DNA of 64,000 bases from Phoronis australis (lineage: Eukaryota; Animalia; Phoronida): NCBI GenBank assembly GCA_002633005.1, contig NMRA01000147.1, positions 733,179-797,178 of the forward strand, written 5' to 3'. Below the pieces are notes generated by a model. The model ran no database searches. It was not told where the DNA came from and worked only from the letters and a program-made list of their open reading frames with translations. Both the position numbers and the translations under genes were made by a program. Shown here piece by piece: positions 30,101-45,100 of the stretch; the stretch's first letter is position 1; every line of letters begins with the position of its first letter.

Positions 30101-33100
30101 TCACACTTAATATACACACTGTTCACAAAATGGGGTAAGGGATTGTTTCAATGGTCAGTTATGACAATTAAATTTAGTCTGAACCTGCATTAGAATGATT
30201 TAATTATTTTCAGTTTATTCTTTAACTGAAAATATAAACATTTGAGATGGTTGCAAATCACCCTATTCCATAAATAGCTAATTTAAAGTTCCAAGATTCC
30301 TTACTGAATTTTACCACTTCTTACAAAATGTTTGAGAAATGTATAACACAAATACACAGTTTTATAGCATTGAAACACAGTATACTCAACACAACACCAT
30401 GTCAAAACAGCAAAAAGCAATAATAGAAATTAAACGTCAAATACCTAAAAACCAACACAACTCAAACAGGGAACACGTCAGACATACATTTACGGATGTG
30501 AGTCGGAGGGGGTCCAATGAATGAGACATGAACTACAACAGCACATTGCCACTACCATTAAAATGTTGCATTTAACAAATCGATTAAAGGCAGAGAAAAC
30601 ACAGTCATGGAAGTTACAAAAAGCATGGCCACACAATGAACACCTAGATTTTACCATTTGTACCTTGCCCTGAAAGTAAAAGTCTAACTGATAGTCATTA
30701 CGTAACACCTCTCAGGGACACAATGCGGTGAACAATTGAGTGGTCATGTAGCACCAGCTAATTCTGTACCACTGCTATCAGACAGTTTCAAAAAATAGAA
30801 GACATACATAGGAATGTTAGAAGCTTTCAAAAATGGTGAACTTTGGAAATTATTTTTTATCAAAATTGGGAGATATTGCCAGCATAAGGCATAATTATAT
30901 CACATGTATTATTGATGAGCACAATCTGTGTTGGCTGTGAGCCATATTGGCTTTGGCCTTAAAGATTATACAGGGGCAATACTGCAGACTTTGACGATCA
31001 ATAAGTTTTTCATCAGCTCTTTTTTAATTTCATTTTTTGCATCAAGAAGGTAGGAAAACAAGAGAGTGCGGCATGAGGTGAATAATGTAATTATTACTTT
31101 TGTATTATTTTCAACAATTGAAAGCATTTGCAAAATCTTTGTCATTTTTCTTAATGTCAGCTTTTCTAGGAACATCATCTCCACCTCAGCATTTACAGAA
31201 GCCAGTGCCATTACAAAACCTCCAGTTTTTTGTTGGAGCTGACTGTCAATCGGGCCATTGAGTTCTGATGATTATAGTATTCTGCTTGATGTTATCAGGT
31301 CCCAGGCTTGAGTCTAGGTACAAATCAATAATCACAGTACTCAGCTACCAAATGACAAAATGGCTGAGATTTTGACAAATTGTTTGGTAGGGTAACATCC
31401 TAGTAAAAATGATAGTGCTCTTGTTAGACAATATTTTAAAATCATACATCAGCAAAATCTCTGTGATGTTTTTTCGTAAGCCAGGGCTCAAACTTTCTGC
31501 TGCGTTTAAATCCAGGTGCAACAATATAACAACATTGGGATATCAAGCACCAACTAAAGACGCAGGTTAAAAATTCTGCATCATCCAGTCATGACATCAT
31601 TCTTTTGATTTTTTGGTAAAATAATTATATTATTTCGTTCTTCAATGACTCGGCAAAATTCAAACTTGGTTAAAAAAATCATGGATTCAGCATGAAGGAA
31701 CTGAAAAAAGTTTTGACTTTTAAGTTGAGAGTCTAAGGATTGGCACATGCAAAGATTCTAGTAATTACAAAATGCTCTGAAACTCTCACATTCAAACTAA
31801 GACCTCCTGTTAGTGGCTGTCTACACAAGAACAAATCTTGCGTGTAATTGGTATAGCTGCGCCACCTGCCCTTTATCAAATTGACACCTTTTGGGGCAGG
31901 AAAAGGCTATGTGGTTATGAGGTTATATTAGCCTTTTTACATCACACGTCGGTAATGTACCAGAGATAACATTCTGTTTTTCACAATTCAACTCATTTAG
32001 ACTATTAATGTTAATTCTCCATCAAATTTGCACAACCACTTCATATTACCTATTGCAAATTTCGTGTTGCAACCAATGCATTGTGGGATGGTTACCAACT
32101 TGCAATCATGCGATGACATCACCGATAACTTGGTGAAGTGTATTCAAAATGTGTCATTTGAGTGAACCAGGTCTGAAACCACGATCCACGCAACACGGTT
32201 TTTGATGCATACCAATACCACCAAGCAACCATCACACGGTTTTAGATGCATACCGATACCACCAAGCAACCATCATACAAGTGAAATTGAGCATCAAAAT
32301 GTATGAAATTAACATTAAACTGACTAATTTTCACAGCATGAATAATGCATATCAACTCAATACAAAACAAATTATCTGAGAAATTTTAACTACATAATAC
32401 AACCAGAATGGCAGGCAACATGCACATCACAATGAGGAAAGGAATAAAATTAATATGAGTACAACAAACAAGTCCCTTTCTGTTGAAAACAACAGGCATT
32501 AGGAATCAAGAGTTTCTGAAGCTACACACGACTCGAAATAATCCCAAAGTTTATTCTGCATCCGAAACAATGTGGAGCCTGGCATTATGATATACCATCA
32601 CGATACCCTATGGGTAATAAGTTACTGAAGCCAGGTTCAGGTTTGCAGCGCCACCTTTCAAAAGCTTGTCACAGGTTTAGTAGTGTTTTAGTTTTATACC
32701 AACTACACTTTGGATAATCCCGAACTCTTTCAGCATTTAACTTCTGCACAATAAACTACTATTTATTTCATCTGATTTTATAAGAGTGTATGAATAGATT
32801 GAGACATCCGAAAACCAGAGAGTGGACTTTGAACTGAGCATAGGCAGGACAGGAGGGTGTGTTCACACAAAATACAGTAAAATATATGAGACATGTCACA
32901 CAGAAAATCCCAATTTGGTCAGTCACTTCATGAGCAAGTCAAGAAATAAAACTAAAATTGGAGAAGTATAAGAAAATGAACTATTTCTTAGTTACAGGAA
33001 AAAGAATTGCACATGCTTTAAGTAGCTAAAATTTGTATGAAGCACACGTTTAAGGAGCTAAGTGTCAACTAAAAGATAATATTCATAGATATTTTTAAAA

Positions 33101-36100
33101 AGTGAAAAAAGATAGTGGGAATTAACACCAATGAATAATACTATAAGTAGATTTATTCAATCTTGACGTTGACAATTTTTTGTTGTTCAGCATGCGTCTT
33201 AGAGGCTTGTAAAAATATACGGTAATTTTCACTATACTACGCTGTAGCTAATGTAACTATTACACTGGAACACTGACTTACTGACCTCCTGATGAACGCC
33301 CACCCACGTTGGCCGCTGTCGCTGCTACAGAAACCAAGCAATAAACATCAAAGACATTGGACGAGTTGATCAACGCTGCACCTGACTTATGACCAGCAAT
33401 TTACCGTGAAGATCATACAGATTTAATTTCACACTTCATAATGTGGGTGTGTCATTTTAACATTAAGTCACCAGAGCAATCTACAGTACAAGACAAAAGT
33501 AATTGGACAAGATACAGTTCCCCTGTCATGACAACGAATTCTGTTAACAGTAAAAATGACCGGTAGCAAAATTCTAATTACATAACCGCATATCCACCAT
33601 TTTGCTGTTAATTTCTACTAACTCTCAGTCATGAGAGAAGACAGTATTCTGACGATGAATTTGGCTTCTGCCTGGCCGTCATGGCGGAGAATTCCCAGAA
33701 ATTTTGTCTCAAGACTTTTGGCTTGTACTGTACTTCCATCTGCTTTGAATATCGTTTGATATTCCACCTTCACTTCACAATTTCTCAATTCAATATGGTT
33801 TGTCATTCCTGAATTGCTATAATTGTGTTGGTACTTTTGAGTAGTTAGCAAGGCTACAAAACTGCTATGATAATGCAAAGTTGGTGGACAGGTCCAAATG
33901 ATGGACTGATTGAGAATCTTCGCAGTAAACTGCCTAGTCAAGCATGGCAGAGATCAGAGGACTGTATGATGGTGCTCCAGAAGAGTGAAGAGCTAGACTC
34001 ACAAGGAATAACTGATGCATGATACTGTTCTGTTTGTGAACAAGCGCACATTTACAGCGCTTAATAAAATCATAAGTCCTTAATAACAAAATTCTATAAA
34101 CTTAATTGAAAACAGGTTGAGCAATTCACGATTCAAATGAATTTCAAGTTTTGCCAGTCCTCTTGGTTGTTTATGAAAAATCTTAATTAAAATAAAATTT
34201 AATAAGCACAAAAACCAATCATTATCTAAAGAGACATTATTGGATTCATGGCCAAAAATACATCTTTGAGATTATTGATGGATGGGATATATTTTTTGAA
34301 ATTATTAGCTTTAACCAGAGTAATAAAACAACAATCCGATGCCTTTTGGTGACTTAACTTGAAATCACCAATTCCCACCATTATCTGCCAGATATTTGCT
34401 AAAATCAAGACTGGTGACTTTTACCAGTTGAATCATCCTTCTACTTATGCAATGGGGTTTAACTCTGTCAGAAGAGCATCGGACTGCAACCGTGGGGTTA
34501 CAGATTCAATTCCAAGCCGAGGCTCATCTCAGAAAATCTTTTTTCTCGCCGATAATGTCCTTTTAATGAAAGTTAGCGCACAGCATACAACCAGAAAGAG
34601 AGAGAACTTCAAGAATCACCTTACTGTCTGAAACTACCAACAGAGGGCACATGCTGTTAAGACTCATGCATAGGTTAGGTCAAATCATTCTCATGCTCAA
34701 ATCCTGTGTCCACTAAAAATCAAAATCAAAATTATTCTTGCCATTTTCTATAATAGTTTTTTATGAGAACTATGCTCGGGTACATAATGGCTTATGTTGG
34801 TAATCTTGCCTAGTCCCTGAGTTTGCACTAATGGTGCACTCTGCATTTAAAGAAAATTTGATTCTGAACTAAGAATTCCGAGTATGACTCGAAATCTCAA
34901 GTTTTCACCAGATAGGGATGATCAACTGCCAGCTTGGACTAGGAATTAACTCAAACGCATACAACATGATGTACTCGAGCACAAAATCCTTGACACTAAT
35001 TATCTTGAGTTCTCATACAAGTAGAGTGAAAATTCCAAATATTATAATTTCGAGTTCGATATCGACTACGTAGACCCTAGCCCCTGGACTTTTTAAGAGC
35101 TTTGTGTCGGATGGAAAATTTATTCTTATCCAATAAAATTGAACAGACAATATAGTGGAGACAGATATCCTAAAACTATTGGTGAATGGTTCTAAATTAA
35201 GCTAGCTGCAATGATTGGTTCAAGACAATTCAGTAAACAAGGACAGGGGTAGGAATTAACAATAGGTAAAAAGACCTTCAACAGTGTTAAGTCGCATGCA
35301 ATGTGCACTAGCTATACAAAGATTCAATGAGTGGAAATCAAGTGCTCGGTTTCAAAAAGTTATTCATTGACCTGTTTCCTGAAAACAGTCATGGCAACTG
35401 ATAACCAAAGTCACCAGGCTCTTGCAAAAAATTATTCCATGTCACAGATAACTATACAGACAATGAAACAAAACAAAAATGCAGCAACAATGCAGAGTGT
35501 TCATATGCATCGCATACAGCCAGATACAATAGATGATCATTTTTTAAACATTCCCGCTAGCTAAACTGAGCAATGCTAGTGAAATTTAATTATAGCTCTC
35601 AAAGGAATTGCAAGAAAAGAAATTCTCTCCTCAATAGGAACACACCAGTGCCATCTTTCATCATGGTTCTTCAAGCAGTTTGGACGATAGAGACGCAGAC
35701 AACAAAGGACACAAAAACAATACAACTGCCACTAGGGGGCACAACGTAGTTCAAATTCGTCTGGTGCTTTTGTCTACAAGATAGTGGTAGATATCTTTAA
35801 GGCAAACGCAAGGAAAACAAATTGCCACTAAGCAACTAAGCAGTAGTCAGATTTGTCCCAAAATCCTCATCAGTTGTACATGCACTTCTCAATATATAGT
35901 AACACATGTCAAATTTTAAGAAGATCCATCAAAGAGCTATTATTGAGCCACAGCAGTCAGACCCAGTGGGAACACATAATTATGCTAATTTTCATAATCA
36001 TTCTAAGAGTGGTTTGGTTGACAGAGAGGCCAGTGCCAAAAACCAAATTTGAAAATGATACAAATATAGCCATAAGTTGGCCTACAAAATCAAGGTCATG

Positions 36101-39100
36101 TGATGATACCGTTTCATTAAACCTAATTTGTCACGTTTCATGGAAATCTGTCAACTAGGAACTCCAAAGATACTGTCACTAGGGGGTATCATAGAAGTCA
36201 GATCTGCCCAAAAGTCGTCGTCAACCGTTGTCAAGTTTGTAGAAATACACCAGTCAAAGATCCAGAAGGAGCGTTCAGGAGATACATCCGCAGACACAAA
36301 AAAGAAAACAGCCACTAGGGTTGCCACAGTAGTCAGAGCCATCCAAAATTCGTCAGCCGTCCTATTGTCAGTACCAACACGTATGTCAATTTTCAAAAAT
36401 ATCCTTACAATGGTTTTGCAGAAGGAGGGGTGGACTTGAAAATCGTTATGATGGCCAATAGGTGGAGCGGAATACGTTGAATTTATCTGAAAATGAGAAG
36501 GCGGTGCTGTCTCTTTAAAAGACACCTATAAGTCAGATTTTATGAAAATCCATCCAGGAACTCCAAAGATGAAGCAAACATAAAAGAATAAAATTGCCAC
36601 TAGCGGGCACAGCAATAGTTGGATCTCTCCGAAAATTTGCTTAGGCGATCCCTTCCACAAACATCCATCAAAAGATTTTGGAAATACAGCAGCAGACCCC
36701 AGACGGATGCTGAACAGACGTGGGCGATAATAATGTGGGTGCATATAACAGACCTCTTACACTAGTCATTTGTTTGGTTCATGGTAGAAAAATGGAGTTT
36801 ACCAAGTTACACAGAGTAATGAACAGTTTGAGAACTAAGACCTTTGAAACGTACGTTTAAAATGGGAAGAAAAAACTTTTATGTTATGAGCTGAAATCAA
36901 ATAACGTTCCAGTATCCTGTATGCCGACATGTCAGATTATATTTTAGCAAGGAATCATTTTAAAACTACATGTAGCATAATGCGCTTTATAAAGTTTTGT
37001 GAAGTAAAGAATGCTACCTCAAGATACATTACACAACACAGCTTGCTACTTGGTACACCGCAACCCCAATTCTTCTGAGCCCTCCGTCATAGTTACTCAC
37101 TGGTGTTTGCAATCATTCAAAATTCATTTAAGTGAAAAACAAAAATTTCAAAGTCTAAAGCCTTGAAGCACAAAGAGAGGTTACAGTCAAAATCAATGTC
37201 ATATAATGCAAGAATATATGACAGTGACACGCGCTTCTTGTTGATATGGACTTTTCAACTCCCGAAATAATGTACATGCACGCAATAAAAAACAAGTTCA
37301 CATCTATTACTTTGCAACTCCACACTCATACCTATGATCCACTTTGATTTGTGTACTTTTATTGAATAATAAGAAGCCATTCAAGCAGGTAACAGAGTTT
37401 CAGCTCGAGCAAACAACAGTCTGTGCAATCATAACGCTACTAATAATTAAAACTACCACGTTACTCATTCAACTTCATAATAATGGCCAACAACTGTAAT
37501 AAATAAAAATGGGCACAAGAGCCTTCTGCAACAAACACTCAAAAAACATAATTTGTGCAAGTTCATGGAGAGGCCATAGACGAGACGAAAGGTAAGTTTA
37601 TCATTGTTGGCATCAATTAAAATGGTCATACTTGGATTATCAGTCACACTTGTTGCCAGCATATCTATGGTGAACGCCATTTTATGACAGCAATGAGTCA
37701 CCAGATAATGGTGTGCGACTATGTTTACTTCTCAACCCGGAGCAAATATTTTAATAGTAAGTAACTCATTCATTTAGTGAAGTGTGGTGCCACTATGACC
37801 CATGCAGTTACATAGAAATAAATTATCTAGAACATTCCAACTCTTAGTGCAAAACCTCAAACACCACATTCCATGGAGCATGCAATTCCCATGGCTGACA
37901 CACTAGTGAATTCCAACATTAGAAACCACCACCATTAATCTCTAACACACTTACCTTTGGAGCCTCTTGGATCTAAAGACAGAAAAAACAAAACATCATT
38001 ACACTCTATACAATCAAGACTGACCACAGCAGAGACAAGTATCATTATTTTAAATAAATTCTTATTCTAAATAAATCCTTATTTCCACTTTTTCGTAAAA
38101 ACAAACCATTTATTTTCAAAAACATTTTATTTGTTTGCGCATGTGAGAAGCCAAGCTTACATTCAGGCTCAGAACCGAAGTGACTTTGGCTAAATGTTGA
38201 TGTCACACATCAGGATAACTTCACAGTGCCAGATGAAGTATTTTTCACAACTACAGCGTGGCCATGTGCAGTGATATGGCGAAAAAATAACATAAAATGT
38301 AATTCATTTGGTAAATGGATGAAAGTATTGAATATAAATTAAGGAACAAATTGAAACATATTAGGTGTATTATTCATACCTAAAAGTCATTTTACCTGTT
38401 CTACACGGAATCTGATGTAAAAATTTTTATCAGGGCACAAAAATACTAATACACTGCTAAACTTACCCTTTTTAAGTGTCTTGTCTTCTTTGGCACCCTT
38501 CCCTTTTGTCTTGTCTTGTTTCTCTTCTTTCTCACCCTATTGGTGACAGAAACATATTAACTATTTGATATCAACAGCACAGCAGATTAACACAACCACA
38601 CAAGCTAGGGTTGCCATCCTTAAACACAAGACACAAGTCGTGCAGATGAAGGTAGTTTGATCACATGCTTTTCTTGTGATGCAGGGCCGTGTCGTGAAGA
38701 CTTATGTGATCTTACTTTTCTAGCAAGGAGCTTGTTCTGCGGATTGCAGACCAGGTTATACTTGAAGGATTTTATGACATGAAACTGAGGTGCAAACGAC
38801 CCTTAGTGAATCCGGACATGCAAGATTGCATAGCACAGTGGTAACATATTTCTGTACGATTTGTGAAGTGAAACACAAACAGTCAGTTTAAAATCTCTCC
38901 TCATACATGAAGGCAGGTGCGAGCTGACGTGCATTCAAGTTATGGCGAATGTCGTTTTAATGGGCAAACACAGGCTCCTGGCTTCTTAAAGGGTAGTACA
39001 CAAAGGTAGTACACAAGTGTGTGGACACAAATTCAGTGTTATGAGTCAAACAATGCCAACCATATTCAGTTGAGACTTACACGCAATCCCATGTAATTTT

Positions 39101-42100
39101 TTTTTAAAAAATAACATGTCATTGACCACATACCAATCACACTGACTCAAGAGTACGTTAACTCAAGGTAAATTATATATTAATATTGTAAACCGTTCCA
39201 AGAGTGAGTTCTTTACAACTTTGAGCTATTTTATGTTTTTCATTTGCACGACAGCACAGTCTATGATCAACTACAAACCACCAGGACCACTGTTATTCAG
39301 TCACAGCAGCAATTTATGAAATCAGACACGTATTGAAGAAACATTGTAGTTGTCATTCAACTCACCTTTTTCATCTTTGATGACTTGTCCCTTGTCTTAT
39401 CTTTGCCTTTATCCGCATGAGAGCTGCTGCGTACAGAACCGGGTCTATCTTTAGAGTCTGCTCGTCTACTTGGTGGTGGCTAGTGAAAGGAAATGACGAT
39501 TAGATAAGGTTATGTAGGAACCTAGAAAAAATTTCAAATTTGGCGAACTTCGGAGCATCACATCTCAGAAATGATATTTTAGAAAACTGTAACAAAATGA
39601 ATGTTTTTGAGATTTTATATTCAAGATTTATATCAAGTGGAATTTGGCTGTGTTACTGATATCGTTGTTGATACCAATTAACATTTTTGCTACATTTTAT
39701 CAAAAAGACAGGATCACACGATTCAATTAATGACACATTTATTTACTAAAAAGCCAAAAAATGAAGTTCTACAGGCTTTCCATTTTCAGAAATATCAACT
39801 TTTACTGAATAGTTTAGTAGACACTTACTGAAATACATTGACATGCCAGCAGAGTCCTATAAAATCTTAACACAAGACGGTAACCCAGCCAGTTACTTAG
39901 ACACCAACGCTCATGCAGCTCCAGTGAGGTTAATGGTCAGATATAACGTGCCTGAATTTTGAGAACCAGTTTTCTCCACTAAATAACAGGCATCAAACTG
40001 CTTCTAAAAATATCGATGGGCACCTTATATCTGACTATTGTTGCAGTGAGAGATGAGCTTAGGACATAGGTATTGTCGTTAAATGACAGAACAAAAAATT
40101 ATGTGAAAAACAACATCAATACCAAGAAAACCATGCTTGACTGCATACAAGATAAATTTAAAGGAAAACTTAAAACTGCAAACAAAATTCCAGCAATCAC
40201 CCTACGTGTCTCAAATGTATTATAAGTTCTCAAAACAGGACACTAAATAATTATTTAACTCCAGGTTTCACAGAGTGGCTCTCAAATATTGTTGACTATA
40301 ATATGAATACAATATGAATACAATATGAATATAATGCGCCTGATATCATTAACTTCCCAAGATTTGCAATTTATTATCACAGCTATTTACAATGAGCAAG
40401 AATAAAAAATCTGAAGGTCACATCATTTTGTCAAATTTTCTGAAAATAAAAAGGCATTGGCGTCTTCTTAATTAAAAGCCTATTAGCTGAAATTCTTGAA
40501 AACCCGTCAAAAACCTACAAAGACTGAGACAACAGCAAATAACCTAAAATTGCCACTAGGGGGCAAAGCGGTAGGCGGATCAGTCCAAAATTCATCAAAA
40601 TTGGTCACTATGCCCATCATGTCCAAAAGTTCGAGACAGCAATGACAGCAGCAGGCACCCACATAATGTATACGTGGCTGCATAAAAAGTACAACGCTAT
40701 AAAACAGTTATGTGCTCAAATCAAGGCTAAGAATTTCCATGATTTCTGTACTCTTTGCTGAACATCTATCTCATTTTTTACTGGATAATATGTCAACTTA
40801 CGTGTATTTGTACCAACGGCTTTGTGTTATCGGTAACGACCATTGAGTCATGAGTTGACCGTGGCTTCACATCCACACTAATCCTCGCATGATCAGAACC
40901 TAACACACTTCCTAAAAATTGTAACTCTGGGCGACCCTAACAAAATTATAGACTATACAAGAAAGCTACATTATTGCATCCTAATTATGAGCTAAAAGAT
41001 ATCACAGAAGCTGCAATATACTATGGCTTGCATTACATTATAAATTCAGGTATTGCAACATTACATAATGTCATATTGTTTTCCAGTGTTCTGTCTCCTA
41101 AAGAGATACCTTATTATACTGAAATAAAATATCATTTTACTAAATAACGTAGGTAATAAATCCACTTTATTCTCCCTTGTATCATTTGCGCATGCACTGT
41201 CTATAATATTATTCAATGTCTCAAGAGTCATCTGATGAAGAGCTGTATTCGCTCAAAAGGTAGCACAGTCTTTTACTGTTTTTTATACTGGAGAATAAGG
41301 GTGCATTTATACAATTGTTTTCACCTCCGTTTTACAGCAAAACTGCAGCCATACACCCACAGATCAATAGTTATTACTGTGACAATGGTTGCAAAACCAA
41401 ATTAAAGAGCAACATACTCCCCACTGATCTTCTGACAAAAATTGTCGACTGTCTCTGCATGAACTAAAATCAGAATCACATTTCCTCCTCCTCTTTGAGC
41501 ATAGCAGTATGTTTTTAAAACCAAGATCAATTATTTAATAATAAAAAGGACAGAACAAGAAGCAAGTAGACAGTCATGTCAACAACTTGACAATTTTTGA
41601 TACTTCCAATTGATTCATTATTTGCGATGAAATAACTTATGACTATAAAAAAATAAGTTACCGATTTCGAGCGTTCCATTCCAGCACCACTTTTGTCAGA
41701 CATGAGTCGACGTCGTTCAACCACCTCTTCATGAGTGAGGCAAAATCTTGATAGACTCTCGGCGAGTGATTTCGTTCCAACATCACCGATCTTGTTACTG
41801 GCAAGGCTGAGGGATAGGAGAGTTCTGTTCATTCTCAGACCCTAAAAAATAAACAGTCAAGCATATAAAGTATATGTAAGAACAAACTTTAAGTAAAGTG
41901 CTGTTCTCACCACATAACGAGTGTGATGGGAACAACAAAAAACTTTGAAACACATTTTTAGCAAAGTTCAAAGACCACTGTGATCTGCGTTTTTGTTTAA
42001 AAATGTTTGCAAATTCAGTGAAAATTTCGATTACACTAAGAATGGTATAATTCTGACTGCTGTCTACTCTGCAATTAAAAATGAGACAGTGACAGGGGTG

Positions 42101-45100
42101 AATAGCACTTCACAATGTTGTAAAAAAGCCGAGAAATTTCAAACTGTGTTCACATAGAAGTAATGTAAATTTGTACACTGCTTGCTACCCTGAGCACGGT
42201 ACGCGAGTACAATATGCGTTTTTGGCTAATTGATGTCACGCAAACTACTTAATGTTTTCAACTTCTATAATTTTTTATTTTGCAATTTTGTCTAACTGGG
42301 ACAAATTCATGTCAGATATTCAGCATTATTGCAGAGTTTTAGAGAAATAATAATATTAAGCTTTGACTATACTACTAACTGGTTCAAAAGCAATGAGAAT
42401 TTAATAATTTCAGCTTTGAGTTAATACAATCATGAAAACATCATACTTTCACATGTAAAAAATAATTTTTAGGTAATTTCACTAAAAAGAAAATACAGTA
42501 AGGTTTCCTCAAATCTGACCAAAAATGATAACTAAAATTGCCATTTAAGCTCATTTTTCAAACGCTCACTGTATTGCCGAAAATAGTCAAAATTCCATTG
42601 CGTTAGTTGCTGACAGTCGTACTAAATAAAAATTTTCAAAAAAAATCAAGTAAAACTGCTCTCTTGTATACTCTTATTGAAAAAATTAATTAAGATAAAT
42701 ACTGTTCCGCTACAGTGTGCTCTGATTTAAAGACACTTAACCGTTTATTATATTACAGAATACACTGCATTAAACACAAACTTGCAAACTAAGTACCTTA
42801 GCAATGCTTGTTGCTCCAGCGTCACCAATCTTGTTCCCGGTGAGATTCAGCGACAGAAGTTTCATGTTCTGCTTTTGTGGAGTTCCCAGCACTTTGCCTA
42901 TTCTTTCAGCCCCTGCATCCGTTAAGCCGCAATATCTCAGCGATAAGCTCTGCAGTCTAGAAAAGTGTCACGTTATGTAATGACTAAACTGTCAAAAACA
43001 CATGCAGCCAAGGAAAGTTTGAGCATTTTAACATAATGATTATTCCTAAACTTTTGCAATGTGAAAAGCAAGAATTCTAATGATTACTGTCAAAACTAGA
43101 TGTATAAAGGTGATTTCTTTTTAGTTTGCATAAATTGTTTAGAGGCTTCTCGCAAATTACATCAGACCATCGAACTCCAGTCCTGGAATGCCAACTCCAG
43201 CACGTGACCAAAACATTTCGTTATTAGAGCTTGTGGCCCCGACAGTAGCCACAATAGTTTGCACTGTGAATTTCCTGCTATCTACTCGACTGAGTTTAGA
43301 TCGAGCGTTATAATTATCAAATCAAGCCTAATTTTCTTACTTCTTTTTAATTTGCTAGACATTTTTGTTCATCAAGTGACACTCTTGAGCTATGGTTGTA
43401 AGACAACCAGTGATTTTCCCGCAAAATAAGTCAACAAACCCGGCAATTACATCGGTCATTCTTTATACGCACCAACCCGTGGCCCTGGCCAGATATTGGG
43501 AATAGTCTAGCCTCTGATATCTGATGAAAGACTTTTTAATGATAGGACTCATAATTACGCAACTGAGTTGAAAAATGGTGGAGTTGCGAAAATTTTTAGA
43601 GACAGGAAATTCCATATCAATAAGCAATTATAACGGAACAAATGAATACAAACAAATGCCACACATGCGTGGGAGCCACCTCAGCAGCGCGAGATTGAAA
43701 TTACACTCCATGGCTAGAGTTCTATGATCAGACACATGTCTTCTCTCAAATAAAATGATGGATGTATTCTGATAAATATATCAACAGAGATTAATACTCA
43801 TGACTCATCCAATAACGATCTTGAGGCAAATGACAGGAAACTTTAAGCAATACCCAGGGTCAATGTGTGAGATGAGTTGAAAAATTACACTGTTTTGATT
43901 TGAGATCAATAAATGCCACCAGGTGTCGCAGAAGCTTGAAAAAGGCAGCATTGCTGACAAAACAATGCTTTAACTTTTCACGAAAGAAAAACAATTTTTC
44001 CGTATCGTATTCTGGAAAATGAAGTCTATCTGTTGTATGAAGCTTGGCTGATACTGCAAAGCTTAAAACATGGAACAAAATCCTGGAATGATACTGCAAA
44101 GCTTAAAACATGGAACAAAATCCTGGAATGATAGCCAGCCTTAGTATTTACTCACAGACTTTCTTCAGTGAGTAAAACATCAAAGTTTTCTTCTTTGACA
44201 AGATTGTTGCCATCAAGACATAGATTTCTGAAAAGACATTAAATACATTACAGTAATTATTATAAATAGATAAATAAAACAACAAGAATGGATCAACTGA
44301 AATTTTCGGATGTATTAACGTCCTTTGTCAACAGAAACAGATATAAAATGTTTGATTTTATTTTATTTCTGTTTCTGTTAACAAAGGACGTTGTTACATC
44401 CGAAAATTTCAGTTGATCCATTCTTGTTGTTTTATTTACCTATTTATATTCTACATTTCGTGAAACAGTAGTATCCTTGGGAGGATCTGGATCGCCTTAT
44501 TTAGTTTCAGATTTATTTTCTACGTTATTAATTATTAGATACACTCAAATTCACTGATTGCACACCACCTGACCCGAAACTCTAGATATCGTATTTCAAG
44601 ATATAATTTAATCTTTCATTTTCAATTTCACTTGATCTGAAGAGTCAGACCATCATTAATACAGAACCCATATTGAATAAAAATAAAACGAGCATTCAAT
44701 AATGCCATAAATAAGTACCACATACAAGGAAATAAAAGGTCCGGTCAAGAATTCTCATTTCCACAGACATGAAATTCTAATAAATCACTTACTTCACATT
44801 AGCACACTGGTGCAAGAACGATCCCAGCAGTTTCACAGTTTCGCTCGTTAGTCCAGCACTCCACAAACTGCAAGGAGTGCAAAAAGAATAAATTATAATA
44901 AATTATGATAATAGTGAAGAGCCAACAAAAGATTTTCCAACTTCTAGTTTCCAACTGTTTAATCTTAATGCAGCCAGCATCAGGTGTGAAGTCATCGTGC
45001 AAGTATTTCTATCCATACCCGTGGTGTCAAGAATATCCACTCGACCCATTCTGTGACCTCCATCAGTTATGGATTCCCTTATCAAAATGTTTAGCTTTGC

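Noticed and set aside
36128-36525. ORFs 36128-36439 and 36151-36525, similar to ORFs at 6430-6792
   Set aside because: Similarity comes from the shared non-coding repeat family; no protein motifs and frames are not conserved between copies.
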